Virus record (IMG/VR): IMGVR_UViG_3300002835_000063
Coordinates: 44,881 to 108,880 of that record
Source: a virus
Direction: 5' to 3' (one strand)
Length of the DNA stretch: 64,000 bases
Below the pieces are notes generated by a model. That model made no database searches and was not told the DNA's origin. It was given only the letters and a program-made list of their open reading frames with translations. The first letter of the stretch is position 1; the number at the start of each line of letters is the position of its first letter. The translations under genes were made by a program, and so were the position numbers. Of this stretch, positions 28,105-37,474 are shown in pieces.

Positions 28105-28596
28105 TTACTTTACAGGCCAGATATAGTCGTAAGTTTCTGGTCTGTGGCCTGGATCTTCTGCCCAGCCGAACTGGCTATACCACTCATAGTCTTTATTGAG
28201 TAGGGCTGTTCGGTGGCTAGATGCAATCTGATCAAACAATTGCTTGTCTTTCATCCATGCAGGGTAGCGGTGGCTTTCTCTAGTGATGCGTCCTAGCTTT
28301 ACCGCTTGGATATAGGTAACAAGTGTTTTGGTGCCAATGGTTGATTTATATCCGCGCTTTTCCCACTCCATTACCATGCGAATAATGTAGGAAACTAGCG
28401 CACCTTCATGGCCTCGCCACATCTTGACGGCGGGGTGGTTGCGCCAGCCTTTAGCTGGTCGGTGATTGCCCCGTGGATCCAGTTCCACAAGGTTCATTAG
28501 TATTTGCCAGCCCTCTAGGGCTTGCTTATTTAAACGGGCGCGGTCAAGGACCTTAGCGGTGTCCGCCGAGCCAAATAGCGGTACAAATGTTTGCAT
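28105..28596 (-). CDS. Pyrimidine-dimer DNA glycosylase-like (MSMEG_6728/DenV-related) protein
   Basis: MQTFVP, LDRARLNKQ..E..QI, NHPAVKMWRG.E, SHR..LL.KD..WY, Y.WP. Confidence 0.75.
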   Translation of the reverse strand: MQTFVPLFGSADTAKVLDRARLNKQALEGWQILMNLVELDPRGNHRPAKGWRNHPAVKMWRGHEGALVSYIIRMVMEWEKRGYKSTIGTKTLVTYIQAVKLGRITRESHRYPAWMKDKQLFDQIASSHRTALLNKDYEWYSQFGWAEDPGHRPETYDYIWPVK

Positions 28597-28617
28597 AACT
28601 ACAAGCTAGCAAAGAGT

Positions 28618-28881
28618 TTAGGATTTGTCAAATCCAAATGGTTTCGCCACGCTCTGCTTAAGGGATCCATAGACAATTACCTGAAAAATGCCCGCTTCTA
28701 CGGATTGCTCGATATCTGGGACGCTTTCAGCCTCTGGATAGGAAACTTTAAGCTCTAGGGAAACTTTGTCTTCTACTTCATCTTCTGGAACGCCAAGAAA
28801 TCTACCAACTTCTGCTACTGCAGTCTTTTTTGCCTTATCTAGGCTGTGGGCAAGAATTTTTAGCTCAAAGCTAGTTCGCAT
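28618..28881 (-). CDS. Hypothetical protein
   Basis: 87-aa ORF, TAATG-coupled to the upstream gene. Confidence 0.65.
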   Translation of the reverse strand: MRTSFELKILAHSLDKAKKTAVAEVGRFLGVPEDEVEDKVSLELKVSYPEAESVPDIEQSVEAGIFQVIVYGSLKQSVAKPFGFDKS

Positions 28882-29315
28882 TACTGCTTCCTTATACGCT
28901 TCTCTAGTTTGTACGGGGAGTAGTGGACGCCCCTAAGTTCTGGCTTTTTTCCGTCGGTGTCGTTGAAGATGACGTCTCCATAACGAACTGCAACCACTGT
29001 GCCGCGGCGCCCGTTGTGGATGGGTCCGAGCTTGTCTGAGAAAGCATCTGCCTTAACTCGGACGATGTCTCCAACGACAATCTGTCCTGGCTGTAGTTGT
29101 ATCCAGGTGTAGTCATCTTCACTTTCTTCTTCTTTGATTGCGTGGCCAACAGCCAATTTAGGGAATACTGTTAAAATTTCTTTGATCATTGGTTCGCTTA
29201 GATCTGGCAATTCAGACCAAGTGTCTAGCAATTTCATTATTGCTTTACCGGAGCCAACTTTTACCTTGGCTGCTTGTAGCTGCTCAGCTACCCATTTCTT
29301 GTCTATCTCGGGCAT
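28881..29315 (-). CDS. Hypothetical protein with C-terminal SH3/KOW-like barrel
   Basis: IVVGDIVRV...NGRRGTVVAV. Confidence 0.65.
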   Translation of the reverse strand: MPEIDKKWVAEQLQAAKVKVGSGKAIMKLLDTWSELPDLSEPMIKEILTVFPKLAVGHAIKEEESEDDYTWIQLQPGQIVVGDIVRVKADAFSDKLGPIHNGRRGTVVAVRYGDVIFNDTDGKKPELRGVHYSPYKLEKRIRKQ

Positions 29316-30320
29316 TTATAACCTCTCCAATCTAGATCCTACCAGAATTTTTTCGACTTCAGACCCAAGCTCATTTATTGAAGGAAGTGATTCTAGGTAC
29401 ACGCCCCGCTGGGTAGAGGCCAATTGCTGCCTCTGCGACGGTGACATGTCTTCTACTTGATAGGGCAAAAGCGACCAACTATCAGCAAAATTTGTTGTTT
29501 CATTCCAATCTGTAACAATGGGAGTAGATGTATTAAAGGCTTGAATTATTCTATAGTTCCACCAAGTAATCAAATTTCTTTCTTGGGGTGGAATAATTAG
29601 TCCCATGCCATTCCTAATGACATCTAGAGCATAGGTATCATCTGTCTTTTTGCCGGCCTTGGTCGGTTGTTTGGGGAAAACAGTGGATTTGTTTATATGA
29701 TCTACCCAGCTATTTTTGATATTTTCTACTGCCCAGTAGTCTTTTCGACCAATTCTTGGTACTTCTGGATCAATAAAAAGTCCATCAAAATTAACACCAA
29801 ACGTATTAGAACTATCTCCAAATCCTAGGGCAGTTGAAACTTTTTCATCACTATTCCAAGGCAGCCCCGGGTAAATAATTGTCGGCCAATCGGAAACCAA
29901 CATATGAGCAATAGCTTTTTCAACTATGCTTGGATTTTTTGAGACGGTGTTGTATCCCTCGCGCTTCGAATAAAAACTGCCAAAAAGTATAGACGGATTT
30001 TTTAAAGAAGCATTTATGCTATTTTTGTACTGCCAAACTTGGGGACTGTCTACAACTAATTTAATTTTTGGGGAGTTAAACATTAGGCCTAGAACATGTA
30101 GGGCACCATAAAGCTTGTTTGCACTTAGTGAAGTTGGCGGTAAAAATCCAAATATAATGTGGTCGTATTTTTCTAAATCATCTTTAGTCCAAGAAAAACT
30201 GGGGGATGACCAGGTTATGTCTGCATACTCAGAAAGTACAGAATCTAAAATATTAAAAAAACTAAAGTTACTTGGTTTTTTGCAGTGATGGGAGCCCATC
30301 CCAGTAAATAAAATTTTCAT
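29316..30320 (-). CDS. Hypothetical protein, possibly GT-B-fold glycosyltransferase
   Basis: MKILFTG start and late WW..RIIQA....TPIVTDW segment resemble GT-B enzymes; weak call. Confidence 0.45.
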   Translation of the reverse strand: MKILFTGMGSHHCKKPSNFSFFNILDSVLSEYADITWSSPSFSWTKDDLEKYDHIIFGFLPPTSLSANKLYGALHVLGLMFNSPKIKLVVDSPQVWQYKNSINASLKNPSILFGSFYSKREGYNTVSKNPSIVEKAIAHMLVSDWPTIIYPGLPWNSDEKVSTALGFGDSSNTFGVNFDGLFIDPEVPRIGRKDYWAVENIKNSWVDHINKSTVFPKQPTKAGKKTDDTYALDVIRNGMGLIIPPQERNLITWWNYRIIQAFNTSTPIVTDWNETTNFADSWSLLPYQVEDMSPSQRQQLASTQRGVYLESLPSINELGSEVEKILVGSRLERL

Positions 30321-30341
30321 TGAGGTTCCAAATTTAGTTGA

Positions 30342-30366
30342 GCGGGGTGCTAATTAAGCACCCCGC
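30342..30366 (-). terminator. 10-bp stem-loop downstream of the SSB gene
   Basis: gcggggtgct-aatta-agcaccccgc. Confidence 0.7.
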
Positions 30367-30374
30367 ATCAATTG

Positions 30375-30914
30375 TTAGAAAGGAGCATCTCCAGTTTGAG
30401 CAACTGGTGAGGCTGGTGCTGGTGCCGGTGCCGGTGCCGGTGCTGGAGCTGGAGCTGGAGCTGCCATTGCTGGCGCAGAGGCAATGCCCCTAGCTGCGCC
30501 AGAAGAAGCAGAGTAGCTCTTGATATTGTTGCCAGTTTTGCCCTGGTAGGTACTTAAAACAACCTTACCGCGGAAAGTTCTTCCGAGAAGGGCTTGTTCT
30601 ACCTGAGCTGGTGATGGATCTGCTAGCCAATATTCCTTGGTTAGGCCCAGTGCCGCGCCCTTTGCAAAGAAAATGTCCATAGCAGTTTCGTTTTCAGGCG
30701 AAACTACCCACTGATCCCAAACACGACGTTTGTCGTGGGGGCCGCCCTGAACCTCATTGGTTAGCTTAAACATAAGCTTTCCAGTAGAAGCAACAGTAGC
30801 CGAGGCCTCGATTACCTTGAACTCGTAAGTTCCTTCTGGTAGAGGTTCGTAGTTAGCTTTTGCAGCCGCGTCTCCAGCTTTCTGGACTAGCGCTGCGAAA
30901 TTGACCGTAGTCAT
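30375..30914 (-). CDS. DUF669-type ssDNA-binding protein
   Basis: YEPLPEGTY..KV..A...STGK.M; (AP)n linker; C-terminal DAPF; position after the AAA ATPase. Confidence 0.8.
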   Translation of the reverse strand: MTTVNFAALVQKAGDAAAKANYEPLPEGTYEFKVIEASATVASTGKLMFKLTNEVQGGPHDKRRVWDQWVVSPENETAMDIFFAKGAALGLTKEYWLADPSPAQVEQALLGRTFRGKVVLSTYQGKTGNNIKSYSASSGAARGIASAPAMAAPAPAPAPAPAPAPAPASPVAQTGDAPF

Positions 30915-30919
30915 AGGTT

Positions 30920-31690
30920 TTATCCTGCTTTCTTAGTTGTTGTATCTGTCTTCTTTTCGCCGAAGACCATGTCCAGCATGCGCTCGACCCCAAGGTCTTG
31001 CTGCTGTACTACTTTACCTAGACGTCCCTGGACGCGCTCACCAGCTTCATACTCTGGCGTACGCTCAACATACATGCGTCGCACCTTGTACGGAGGCTGT
31101 AGTGGATCTGGATTTGGTTCCGTCTCCACAGTAATTGCTCCAAGAATGTCGTAGAAATATGGGGCCTGAATCGCTAGCTGGCCTTGTAGGTAAGGACGAT
31201 AAACGCCATCCTGTCCCTTACGCGCCATAGCGGTCAGTACTACAGCCTCAAGAGGCTGAGTAGGGTGCATTGTCAAGTCACGAAGATCACGAAGAAGTGC
31301 GCCCATGTGGCGAAGAAGCTCGCCCCACTGTTGCATCTTCATTTGCTCCGTACCGGCAATGTTCTCCATGCACTTGACCTGGAGCTCCGAGATGGAGTCA
31401 ATGATCAAGGACTTGAATTGGTGTTTGCCTGACTGAAGCCACTGGAAAGCCTTGATAACAATGTCGTAGCTATTTACCTTAACTACAACTGTGTCCCAAG
31501 TGCCATCAGCAAGTGGCGGTTCTTCGGTCAGGGGGTCCCAGTACTTGATGTTGATTGGGAGGAATCGATGTCCACCTTCAACGTCAAGCATTAGGCGTGG
31601 GTATGGTGCCGTTACTGCAAAGCTGGACTTACCAACCTTGGATTCGCCATAAACCATAATTGTTAAGCTGCGATCCACTGCATTAGACAT
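30920..31690 (-). CDS. AAA_24/Sak4-like recombination ATPase
   Basis: YGESKVGKS, LDVEGG, IIDSISE. Confidence 0.85.
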   Translation of the reverse strand: MSNAVDRSLTIMVYGESKVGKSSFAVTAPYPRLMLDVEGGHRFLPINIKYWDPLTEEPPLADGTWDTVVVKVNSYDIVIKAFQWLQSGKHQFKSLIIDSISELQVKCMENIAGTEQMKMQQWGELLRHMGALLRDLRDLTMHPTQPLEAVVLTAMARKGQDGVYRPYLQGQLAIQAPYFYDILGAITVETEPNPDPLQPPYKVRRMYVERTPEYEAGERVQGRLGKVVQQQDLGVERMLDMVFGEKKTDTTTKKAG

Positions 31691-32628
31691 TACTCACTTC
31701 CCTTCTCTTTTTCTATTCCGTAGTATCCGTAAGGGTCGGCGACCACAAACGCATCGCTAATTGCAGCCTCTGCGGCGCTTCCGTCGTCAACCAACGGGCA
31801 AATAGCGAAGAATTGGCACTTCCACTTACAATCCCGGCTTGGTTTCGGGTATACGTGGCGGAAGTGGCTCTCACCGGCATCTAGGGCATCACGCACTCGC
31901 ATGATGTCATCCAGCGTGCCTTCCAGGCGCTCATAAAATGAACGGAGAGCAAACTTATTGTGACGAACTTCAATCTGGTCATAAAACGGTGGTTTAGCAT
32001 AAGCACCGCGTTTAACTTTACGAAGCATCGTAAAGATAGCTCCATCGGCTCGTTCACCTTCTTGGTTTTGTGCCTCCTCTAGAAGCATGTATGTTAAAAC
32101 CTGCTCATTCATGTGAGCAATAGATCCAAAGTCAGCAAATGATCCACCAACCGTTTTGAAGTCGCGAAACATACGAGCACCATCAATTTTTCGACGCACG
32201 CGCATGTCGATTTTTCCCTGAAGAGTAACACGACCGTCAAGCATCGGGCGCTCAATAACTTCTTCTGTAGAAATCATTTCCAGCTCGGCGTCGATACCAT
32301 TTAGTTCTACCCACTCTAGATAGCCCTCTAGCATCACCCTGCCAAGCTCAGCCTCTGTCTCTAGGTTAGAAGTGTCGCGATACTCATCATTAAGAACTTT
32401 CATGTCTCTCTTGACTAGCTCGGCGTGAGCGTCAAGTAGAGGTGTACCCTTCGAATAATACATATCTAAAGCTTCGTGAATTCTTGATCCTAAAGCTAAT
32501 GCTCCGGTAAACTCTTCTACCTTTGGACGTAGTCTTCGGTAATATGTAAACCACCAGCGTCTACGGCAGTCTTTAAATGTTTGAATCTCCGAATTAGAGA
32601 TTCTTACTGGCTCTGCTGCTGATGTCAT
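31690..32628 (-). CDS. PD-(D/E)XK Cas4/RecB-like exonuclease
   Basis: S.SEIQTF.DC.RRW, GSRIH, GKID...DFKT, C.WKC.F..IC. Confidence 0.88.
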   Translation of the reverse strand: MTSAAEPVRISNSEIQTFKDCRRRWWFTYYRRLRPKVEEFTGALALGSRIHEALDMYYSKGTPLLDAHAELVKRDMKVLNDEYRDTSNLETEAELGRVMLEGYLEWVELNGIDAELEMISTEEVIERPMLDGRVTLQGKIDMRVRRKIDGARMFRDFKTVGGSFADFGSIAHMNEQVLTYMLLEEAQNQEGERADGAIFTMLRKVKRGAYAKPPFYDQIEVRHNKFALRSFYERLEGTLDDIMRVRDALDAGESHFRHVYPKPSRDCKWKCQFFAICPLVDDGSAAEAAISDAFVVADPYGYYGIEKEKGSE

Positions 32629-34451
32629 TATTTGTCCTTAAGTAGCTTTAGAAGCTGATCTTTGTCTTTTACTATTTGCTGGAAATTATAATCTTTGGTC
32701 CCCAGCGTGTCAATAACTTTTTGCTCTACGGTACCCTCTGTTACATAATCTGTAATGATTATTGAGTCGTGTATTTCAGACCCAATTCTGTGAACTCTGT
32801 CTAGTGCCTGCTTATAGTCCACCAAAGACCAAGGGCGTTGCAGCATAACTAGTCTTCTGGCAGCAGTTAGGGTCACACCTACACCGCCAGCCTGGGCGGT
32901 GAATAAAATCCATTTTGTTCGGCCAGACTGAAAATCATCGATTGCTTGCTGACGCTCAAATTCATTCTGAGACCCAGTAATTAGACCGTGCTTAATCCCA
33001 ACTTTAGTCATTTGAGCGCTTAGGAGTTCTATTAGCTGTCTAGATACAGCACATACCGCAACCGAGTCATCTCCAAAGTCACCATTACTGATGTCATCCA
33101 TAAGAGCATCAACTTTACAAGAGGGGTCTGACAATATCATTTTTTCACCGGTCTCGGTTAGTTCTATCTGGCCATACGCGCTGGCAAACTGAATTAATCT
33201 GCCCATCTGAACCATTGGATTGGTTGCTACGACTAGATCGCCGGAATAGTCATCTTCTTGAATTTCACCGTCTAGCTCAAAACTAGAACTACTTTCAAGC
33301 ATTGCCATCATGTTGTCTAGCATTTGATTATATGCTTTTTCTTGCTTTGCGCCCATTTCTACATCTCGGCGGTCATGAATTACTTCAGGAAGCCAAGGGA
33401 GCACTCTAACCTTGAGCATGCGACGCATACGTGGATTTATACCTGCAAAGAATTCCGTTTCCATAGCTGGTTTTAACCCAAGCACCATTAGTGCCCCAAA
33501 AGCATTTGGAAAAGTGTTTACATAGCGGTCAATCCATTTAGTCTTACTTGGCCACTCTTTGGAGTCGAGCCAATGAAGGATTGGCCATAGGTCTACAACA
33601 TCATTTGCTATTGGGGTCCCAGTCAAAGCAAATCTAATTTCGGCTTTACCAGAAGCTGACCATAGAGCTCTAGTCTGCTTTGATTTTGGGTCTTTTGATC
33701 TGTGAATTTCGTCCGCAACAACTGCCTTGAATGGAATGTTGTTTAATTCACGCTTATGAACTTCGCAGCGGGCGGGAGTGATTTTGGAGTCATGCCCCCC
33801 ACATTCTGTACAGTGGGCTAGAGCAATCGGACCATAAGATTCCAACCTTGAGTGAGTTCTTAGTGACTCCCAGTTAATGACATAGACCTGGGCCTCGTGC
33901 TCAAAAGCTTTTCGCCTTTGGGTGGCGGAACCTTTAATTACCTGAACATCGACTCCAGGCCACCAGCGATCAAATTCTCGTTCCCAGTTTGTTTTTAAAG
34001 TATTTGGGCACACTATTAGTGCAGGAAAAACATCCTCTCCACTCTCTTTAAGTCTCTTCAGTGCTCTAATAGCCTGAGCAGTTTTTCCAAGACCAGGCTC
34101 GTCTGCTAGAAGAGCGCGTTTAGCTTTAACTAGAAAATCCACCCCCGCACGCTGATGTGGGAACAAATCTTCATCACCTATTTCAGACATTTCAAGATCA
34201 CGAAGTAGATTTGAAGGGTCAATTCTATTTATTTTTTCGTTGGTGGCCCATTCAGCTAACTTTGGGCCAATCTCAAGTTGTTGCCCGAAAGTGGAGCGCA
34301 GAGACAGGCAACCAGTCCAAGAAACGGGAATACGCCAGACATTCTTGTCTGAGTCCCATCTGGAGCCTGGTAGCGATCGACAAACTTCTTTTAGTCGCCA
34401 TTCAGCATTAATAATTATGTGGTCGTTCTCTAACTCCACGTAAACGCCCAA
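32628..34451 (-). CDS. SNF2-family DNA helicase
   Basis: LADEPGLGKT, DEIH, LTGTP, GVGVTLTAA, QALDRVHRIG. Confidence 0.92.
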   Translation of the reverse strand: MGVYVELENDHIIINAEWRLKEVCRSLPGSRWDSDKNVWRIPVSWTGCLSLRSTFGQQLEIGPKLAEWATNEKINRIDPSNLLRDLEMSEIGDEDLFPHQRAGVDFLVKAKRALLADEPGLGKTAQAIRALKRLKESGEDVFPALIVCPNTLKTNWEREFDRWWPGVDVQVIKGSATQRRKAFEHEAQVYVINWESLRTHSRLESYGPIALAHCTECGGHDSKITPARCEVHKRELNNIPFKAVVADEIHRSKDPKSKQTRALWSASGKAEIRFALTGTPIANDVVDLWPILHWLDSKEWPSKTKWIDRYVNTFPNAFGALMVLGLKPAMETEFFAGINPRMRRMLKVRVLPWLPEVIHDRRDVEMGAKQEKAYNQMLDNMMAMLESSSSFELDGEIQEDDYSGDLVVATNPMVQMGRLIQFASAYGQIELTETGEKMILSDPSCKVDALMDDISNGDFGDDSVAVCAVSRQLIELLSAQMTKVGIKHGLITGSQNEFERQQAIDDFQSGRTKWILFTAQAGGVGVTLTAARRLVMLQRPWSLVDYKQALDRVHRIGSEIHDSIIITDYVTEGTVEQKVIDTLGTKDYNFQQIVKDKDQLLKLLKDK

Positions 34452-34524
34452 GTCGGGCCTCCATTCGTTACTAGAATATATTATCAGAAAAAAGTGCTAG
34501 TTGTACTTATTTTTTTGATAATAA

Positions 34525-34992
34525 CTACTTTTCAAGCAATCTTATTGGTTTCCAACCAATTTTGATACATCTTAGTAGGGCGTGTCGGATCGCGTCTAAC
34601 GCGTGCCCGTCGCCCCCTACGTGCCAGTATTCTAGTTTCTTAAGCTTCTTGTTGTCAAACATAGTCATAGCATCGGCGGGAGCTTGGAAGAAAATGTCAT
34701 CCATTGGACGCCCGTTATCCTTTAGGCACTGCTTAATAATGCCAATAACTTCTAGAGAATAGGGAGCCTGGGAGTTCTTGGCTGTCTGTAGATTAATTAT
34801 GAACCGCTCACAGACAACGTCCAGCTGAAAACGCTTCTCAGGAGCCCATAAAACGCCCCGTACGGCCTCGGCAACCTCGTCTTGTTCTAACTCCTTAGAC
34901 CACTCTAAAACTGGCTCAGAAGCCGATTCTAGGCTAAATAGGGCCATTCCAGTGACCTTCCCTGGATCGATAGCCAAAATGTACCTAGGCAT
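34525..34992 (-). CDS. RuvC-like Holliday junction resolvase
   Basis: ILAIDPGKVTG, VVCE, HALDAIRH. Confidence 0.8.
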   Translation of the reverse strand: MPRYILAIDPGKVTGMALFSLESASEPVLEWSKELEQDEVAEAVRGVLWAPEKRFQLDVVCERFIINLQTAKNSQAPYSLEVIGIIKQCLKDNGRPMDDIFFQAPADAMTMFDNKKLKKLEYWHVGGDGHALDAIRHALLRCIKIGWKPIRLLEK

Positions 34993-36805
34993 ACTTAGCG
35001 CCCCAGTTTGCTAGGGGGCCGTCTACGTCCGCTGTTAGGGGGACAGACCAGCCATCGGTAGTTGTCATACACTTTCTCACTAATTGCTTAATTTCCTCTG
35101 CTTCTGCCTTAGGGGCATTTAACACAATTTCATCGTGAACCGGAACAATTAGCAAATCTGTCAAATCCTGCTGATCAAGCTTTACTAGATTTGCTTTGAA
35201 TACCTCTGCGGCACCGCCCTGAATCAGGTAGTTTACGAGAGTATAAACGCGATCCTCGTCGCAAGGTAGTCTACGACCGGTCCAAGTATTTACATATCCC
35301 TGGCCCTCAGCTTCAAGTCGCATTAGCCCACGCTGCTCAACTGCTTTCTGGAACCGCTGCATTCCAGGGTAGCTCTCATCAAAAGCATTAGACACAGCTC
35401 GCATCTGATCCTCCGGAACTCCTGCTGTAAGTGCTTGCTTTGCCACACCTGCTCCATATAGACGTCCATAAACAACTCCCTTAATAAGGGCACGTCTTTT
35501 ATCAGATTTCTGCATAGCTGGGTCCTGATAAACCTCACGGCCAATTTCAGTAAATGGATCAGAGCCAGTTGCATCTGCTCTATTGAATAGTTGAATTAAA
35601 TTTGGGTCCTGCGAAAGTGACGCAAACATACGAAACTCAACCTGATCAAGGTCAGAGGTCACGATTACGTGGTCATCGTCTTTTGGTAGGAATGCACGGC
35701 GGACAGTGTCATCACCCTTTGGGAGAGTTTGCAGTGCAGGGTTCTGGATAGACATACGTCCAGTACGAGCGCCCATCGTGTTGATGGACGGGTGAACGTA
35801 GCCATTTATGTTGTCGTTAATAAAATTTGAAAAATAAGTATTTGCCAGTTTTAGAGCTTGACGATAGTTAATTGTTGAAGTTGCTAACTGTTTTGCTTCG
35901 TCATTTCCATCTCTAGCAATCAACTTGAGCTGATCGGCATTAGCAGATTTTTGGCCTTTCTCTGTTCGCTCAGTAATGTCTACACCCATGATCTCAAACT
36001 GGGCCACTAACTGTTGGTTACTACCAATACCAATTCCATAGCTAGTCTTTGCCCACTTAGCAACCTCGTCGGTGTATTTAATTAGCTCTTCATATTTTTT
36101 CTTTGAGTAGTCAAGATCTAGTCGAGCTCCGTTAAGTTCCATTTTGGTGGCAATTCTGCGGGTATTCATTTCAAGCTCGTAGGCGTAACTGTAGGGTTTA
36201 CCGGGAGCGCAGTGGTCCCAGAAGCGCTCAAAAAGTTTCATAGTTAACACTGGGTCTAAAGCGCCGTAGGACCAGTAAGGCTCAAACTTTATTGGGACCG
36301 TACCCCAAGTCCATCCATTATCCAAAAGACTGCTATCTAGAACTGTTTGTAGCGCGGCAGCTCTAGCATCAACAAAAGATTCAGTAAGAGTTTTTAGCGC
36401 ACCAGAACCAAGCGGATCAATAATTTTTGCCATCAACATTGTGTCATGGGCGCGGTGCCAAGGCATCTTCCAACTTGATTGTTGATCAAACCATTTAGCT
36501 TCGAATGCTATGTTGTGGCAGACGATCGGCCCATCAAATCTATCCATGGCATTGTAGAAAACGCCCTTCCAGTCATCCCAAGGGATAGCCCACCCCTGCC
36601 TAGCATCTCCGACTTGGACTAGGCGCAATCGACCGTGCCAGGGTGACAGGGCATGGCTTTTATGGTTGCCAGGAAGTTCACCAGTTTCGGTGTCAATTGC
36701 GATGGCATTTAGTGGACGCCGCTCTCCTAGCCAAGAGATAAACTCGCTGGCTTTCTCCACCGTATCAACTAGGTGGAGCTGAACCCCGTCTAGTTCTTGT
36801 GTCAT
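34985..36805 (-). CDS. Family A DNA polymerase with 3'-5' exonuclease
   Basis: IDTETG, HNIAFE, ARTGRMS..NPALQ, DLDQVEFR, KGVVYGRLYG, NYLIQG, VHDE. Confidence 0.95.
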   Translation of the reverse strand: MTQELDGVQLHLVDTVEKASEFISWLGERRPLNAIAIDTETGELPGNHKSHALSPWHGRLRLVQVGDARQGWAIPWDDWKGVFYNAMDRFDGPIVCHNIAFEAKWFDQQSSWKMPWHRAHDTMLMAKIIDPLGSGALKTLTESFVDARAAALQTVLDSSLLDNGWTWGTVPIKFEPYWSYGALDPVLTMKLFERFWDHCAPGKPYSYAYELEMNTRRIATKMELNGARLDLDYSKKKYEELIKYTDEVAKWAKTSYGIGIGSNQQLVAQFEIMGVDITERTEKGQKSANADQLKLIARDGNDEAKQLATSTINYRQALKLANTYFSNFINDNINGYVHPSINTMGARTGRMSIQNPALQTLPKGDDTVRRAFLPKDDDHVIVTSDLDQVEFRMFASLSQDPNLIQLFNRADATGSDPFTEIGREVYQDPAMQKSDKRRALIKGVVYGRLYGAGVAKQALTAGVPEDQMRAVSNAFDESYPGMQRFQKAVEQRGLMRLEAEGQGYVNTWTGRRLPCDEDRVYTLVNYLIQGGAAEVFKANLVKLDQQDLTDLLIVPVHDEIVLNAPKAEAEEIKQLVRKCMTTTDGWSVPLTADVDGPLANWGAKYA

Positions 36806-36826
36806 TTATGTCTTTCTTTGGTGCTA

Positions 36827-37300
36827 TTAAGGAATTACTTGAACATTATAGGCTTCTGCTATTTTGGAGTCAACTTTAGCGGCTTGTTGCAATAACCGCT
36901 CAGCGACACTGGTCAAATAATAAGATCCAGTTTTTTCGTCATATTTGTAGAGGGCATCGACTACAGTTTCGGGCATGTCGCTGACCTGAGCCCAATGACG
37001 GTATTTTTCGGGAAAAACTAAATCCAAGCTTCTGTCGGGCTGACACTCTTCGCAGGGCACAGCGTTTTTGGAAAGATTACTGGACGCACTTTCATTTAGT
37101 TTGTACTTTGAGACCAGATCGCAGGCAGCCCCGTGAAATATAAGAGAGACCCCAACTCGAGAAAGAATATAAGATCCACTTTCGGTTTTGTAGAGTTCGA
37201 ACTCTATCCAACGATAAGCGCCCCTACGCTCCGACGTGGACTTGGCTAGTAGGGTGCCGTTAAATTGGAGAGTTCGATCTCCATCTCTTACTTCTAGCAT
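36827..37300 (-). CDS. Hypothetical protein
   Basis: 157-aa ORF, RW.EFELYKT..G.Y pattern; no function recognised. Confidence 0.7.
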   Translation of the reverse strand: MLEVRDGDRTLQFNGTLLAKSTSERRGAYRWIEFELYKTESGSYILSRVGVSLIFHGAACDLVSKYKLNESASSNLSKNAVPCEECQPDRSLDLVFPEKYRHWAQVSDMPETVVDALYKYDEKTGSYYLTSVAERLLQQAAKVDSKIAEAYNVQVIP

Positions 37301-37473
37301 TAGATGTTTTTTTCTAGCTCAGCGATTCTGCTTCTTAGCTCCAAAACCAAAGCCTCGAGTTCTGTATTAACTAAAGTAGCTGTCACTAGTTTCTGTCTTG
37401 TAACGTTTAGAACTATAGAAAGATCTACGCTAACTTTTTCGTTATTTTCTGTATTTTCTGTATTTTCTGTCAT
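37300..37473 (-). CDS. 57-aa coiled-coil protein (not in ORF track)
   Basis: MTENTENTENNEKVSVDLSIVLNVTRQKL...ELRSRIAELEKNI*; starts just after the tail-fibre stop; its TAA overlaps the next ATG. Confidence 0.75.
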   Translation of the reverse strand: MTENTENTENNEKVSVDLSIVLNVTRQKLVTATLVNTELEALVLELRSRIAELEKNI

Positions 37474-37474
37474 T

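Noticed and set aside
30415-30470. (GCACCG/GCTCCA)n hexamer repeat
   Set aside because: Encodes the ordinary Ala-Pro linker of the SSB; no separate function is supported.
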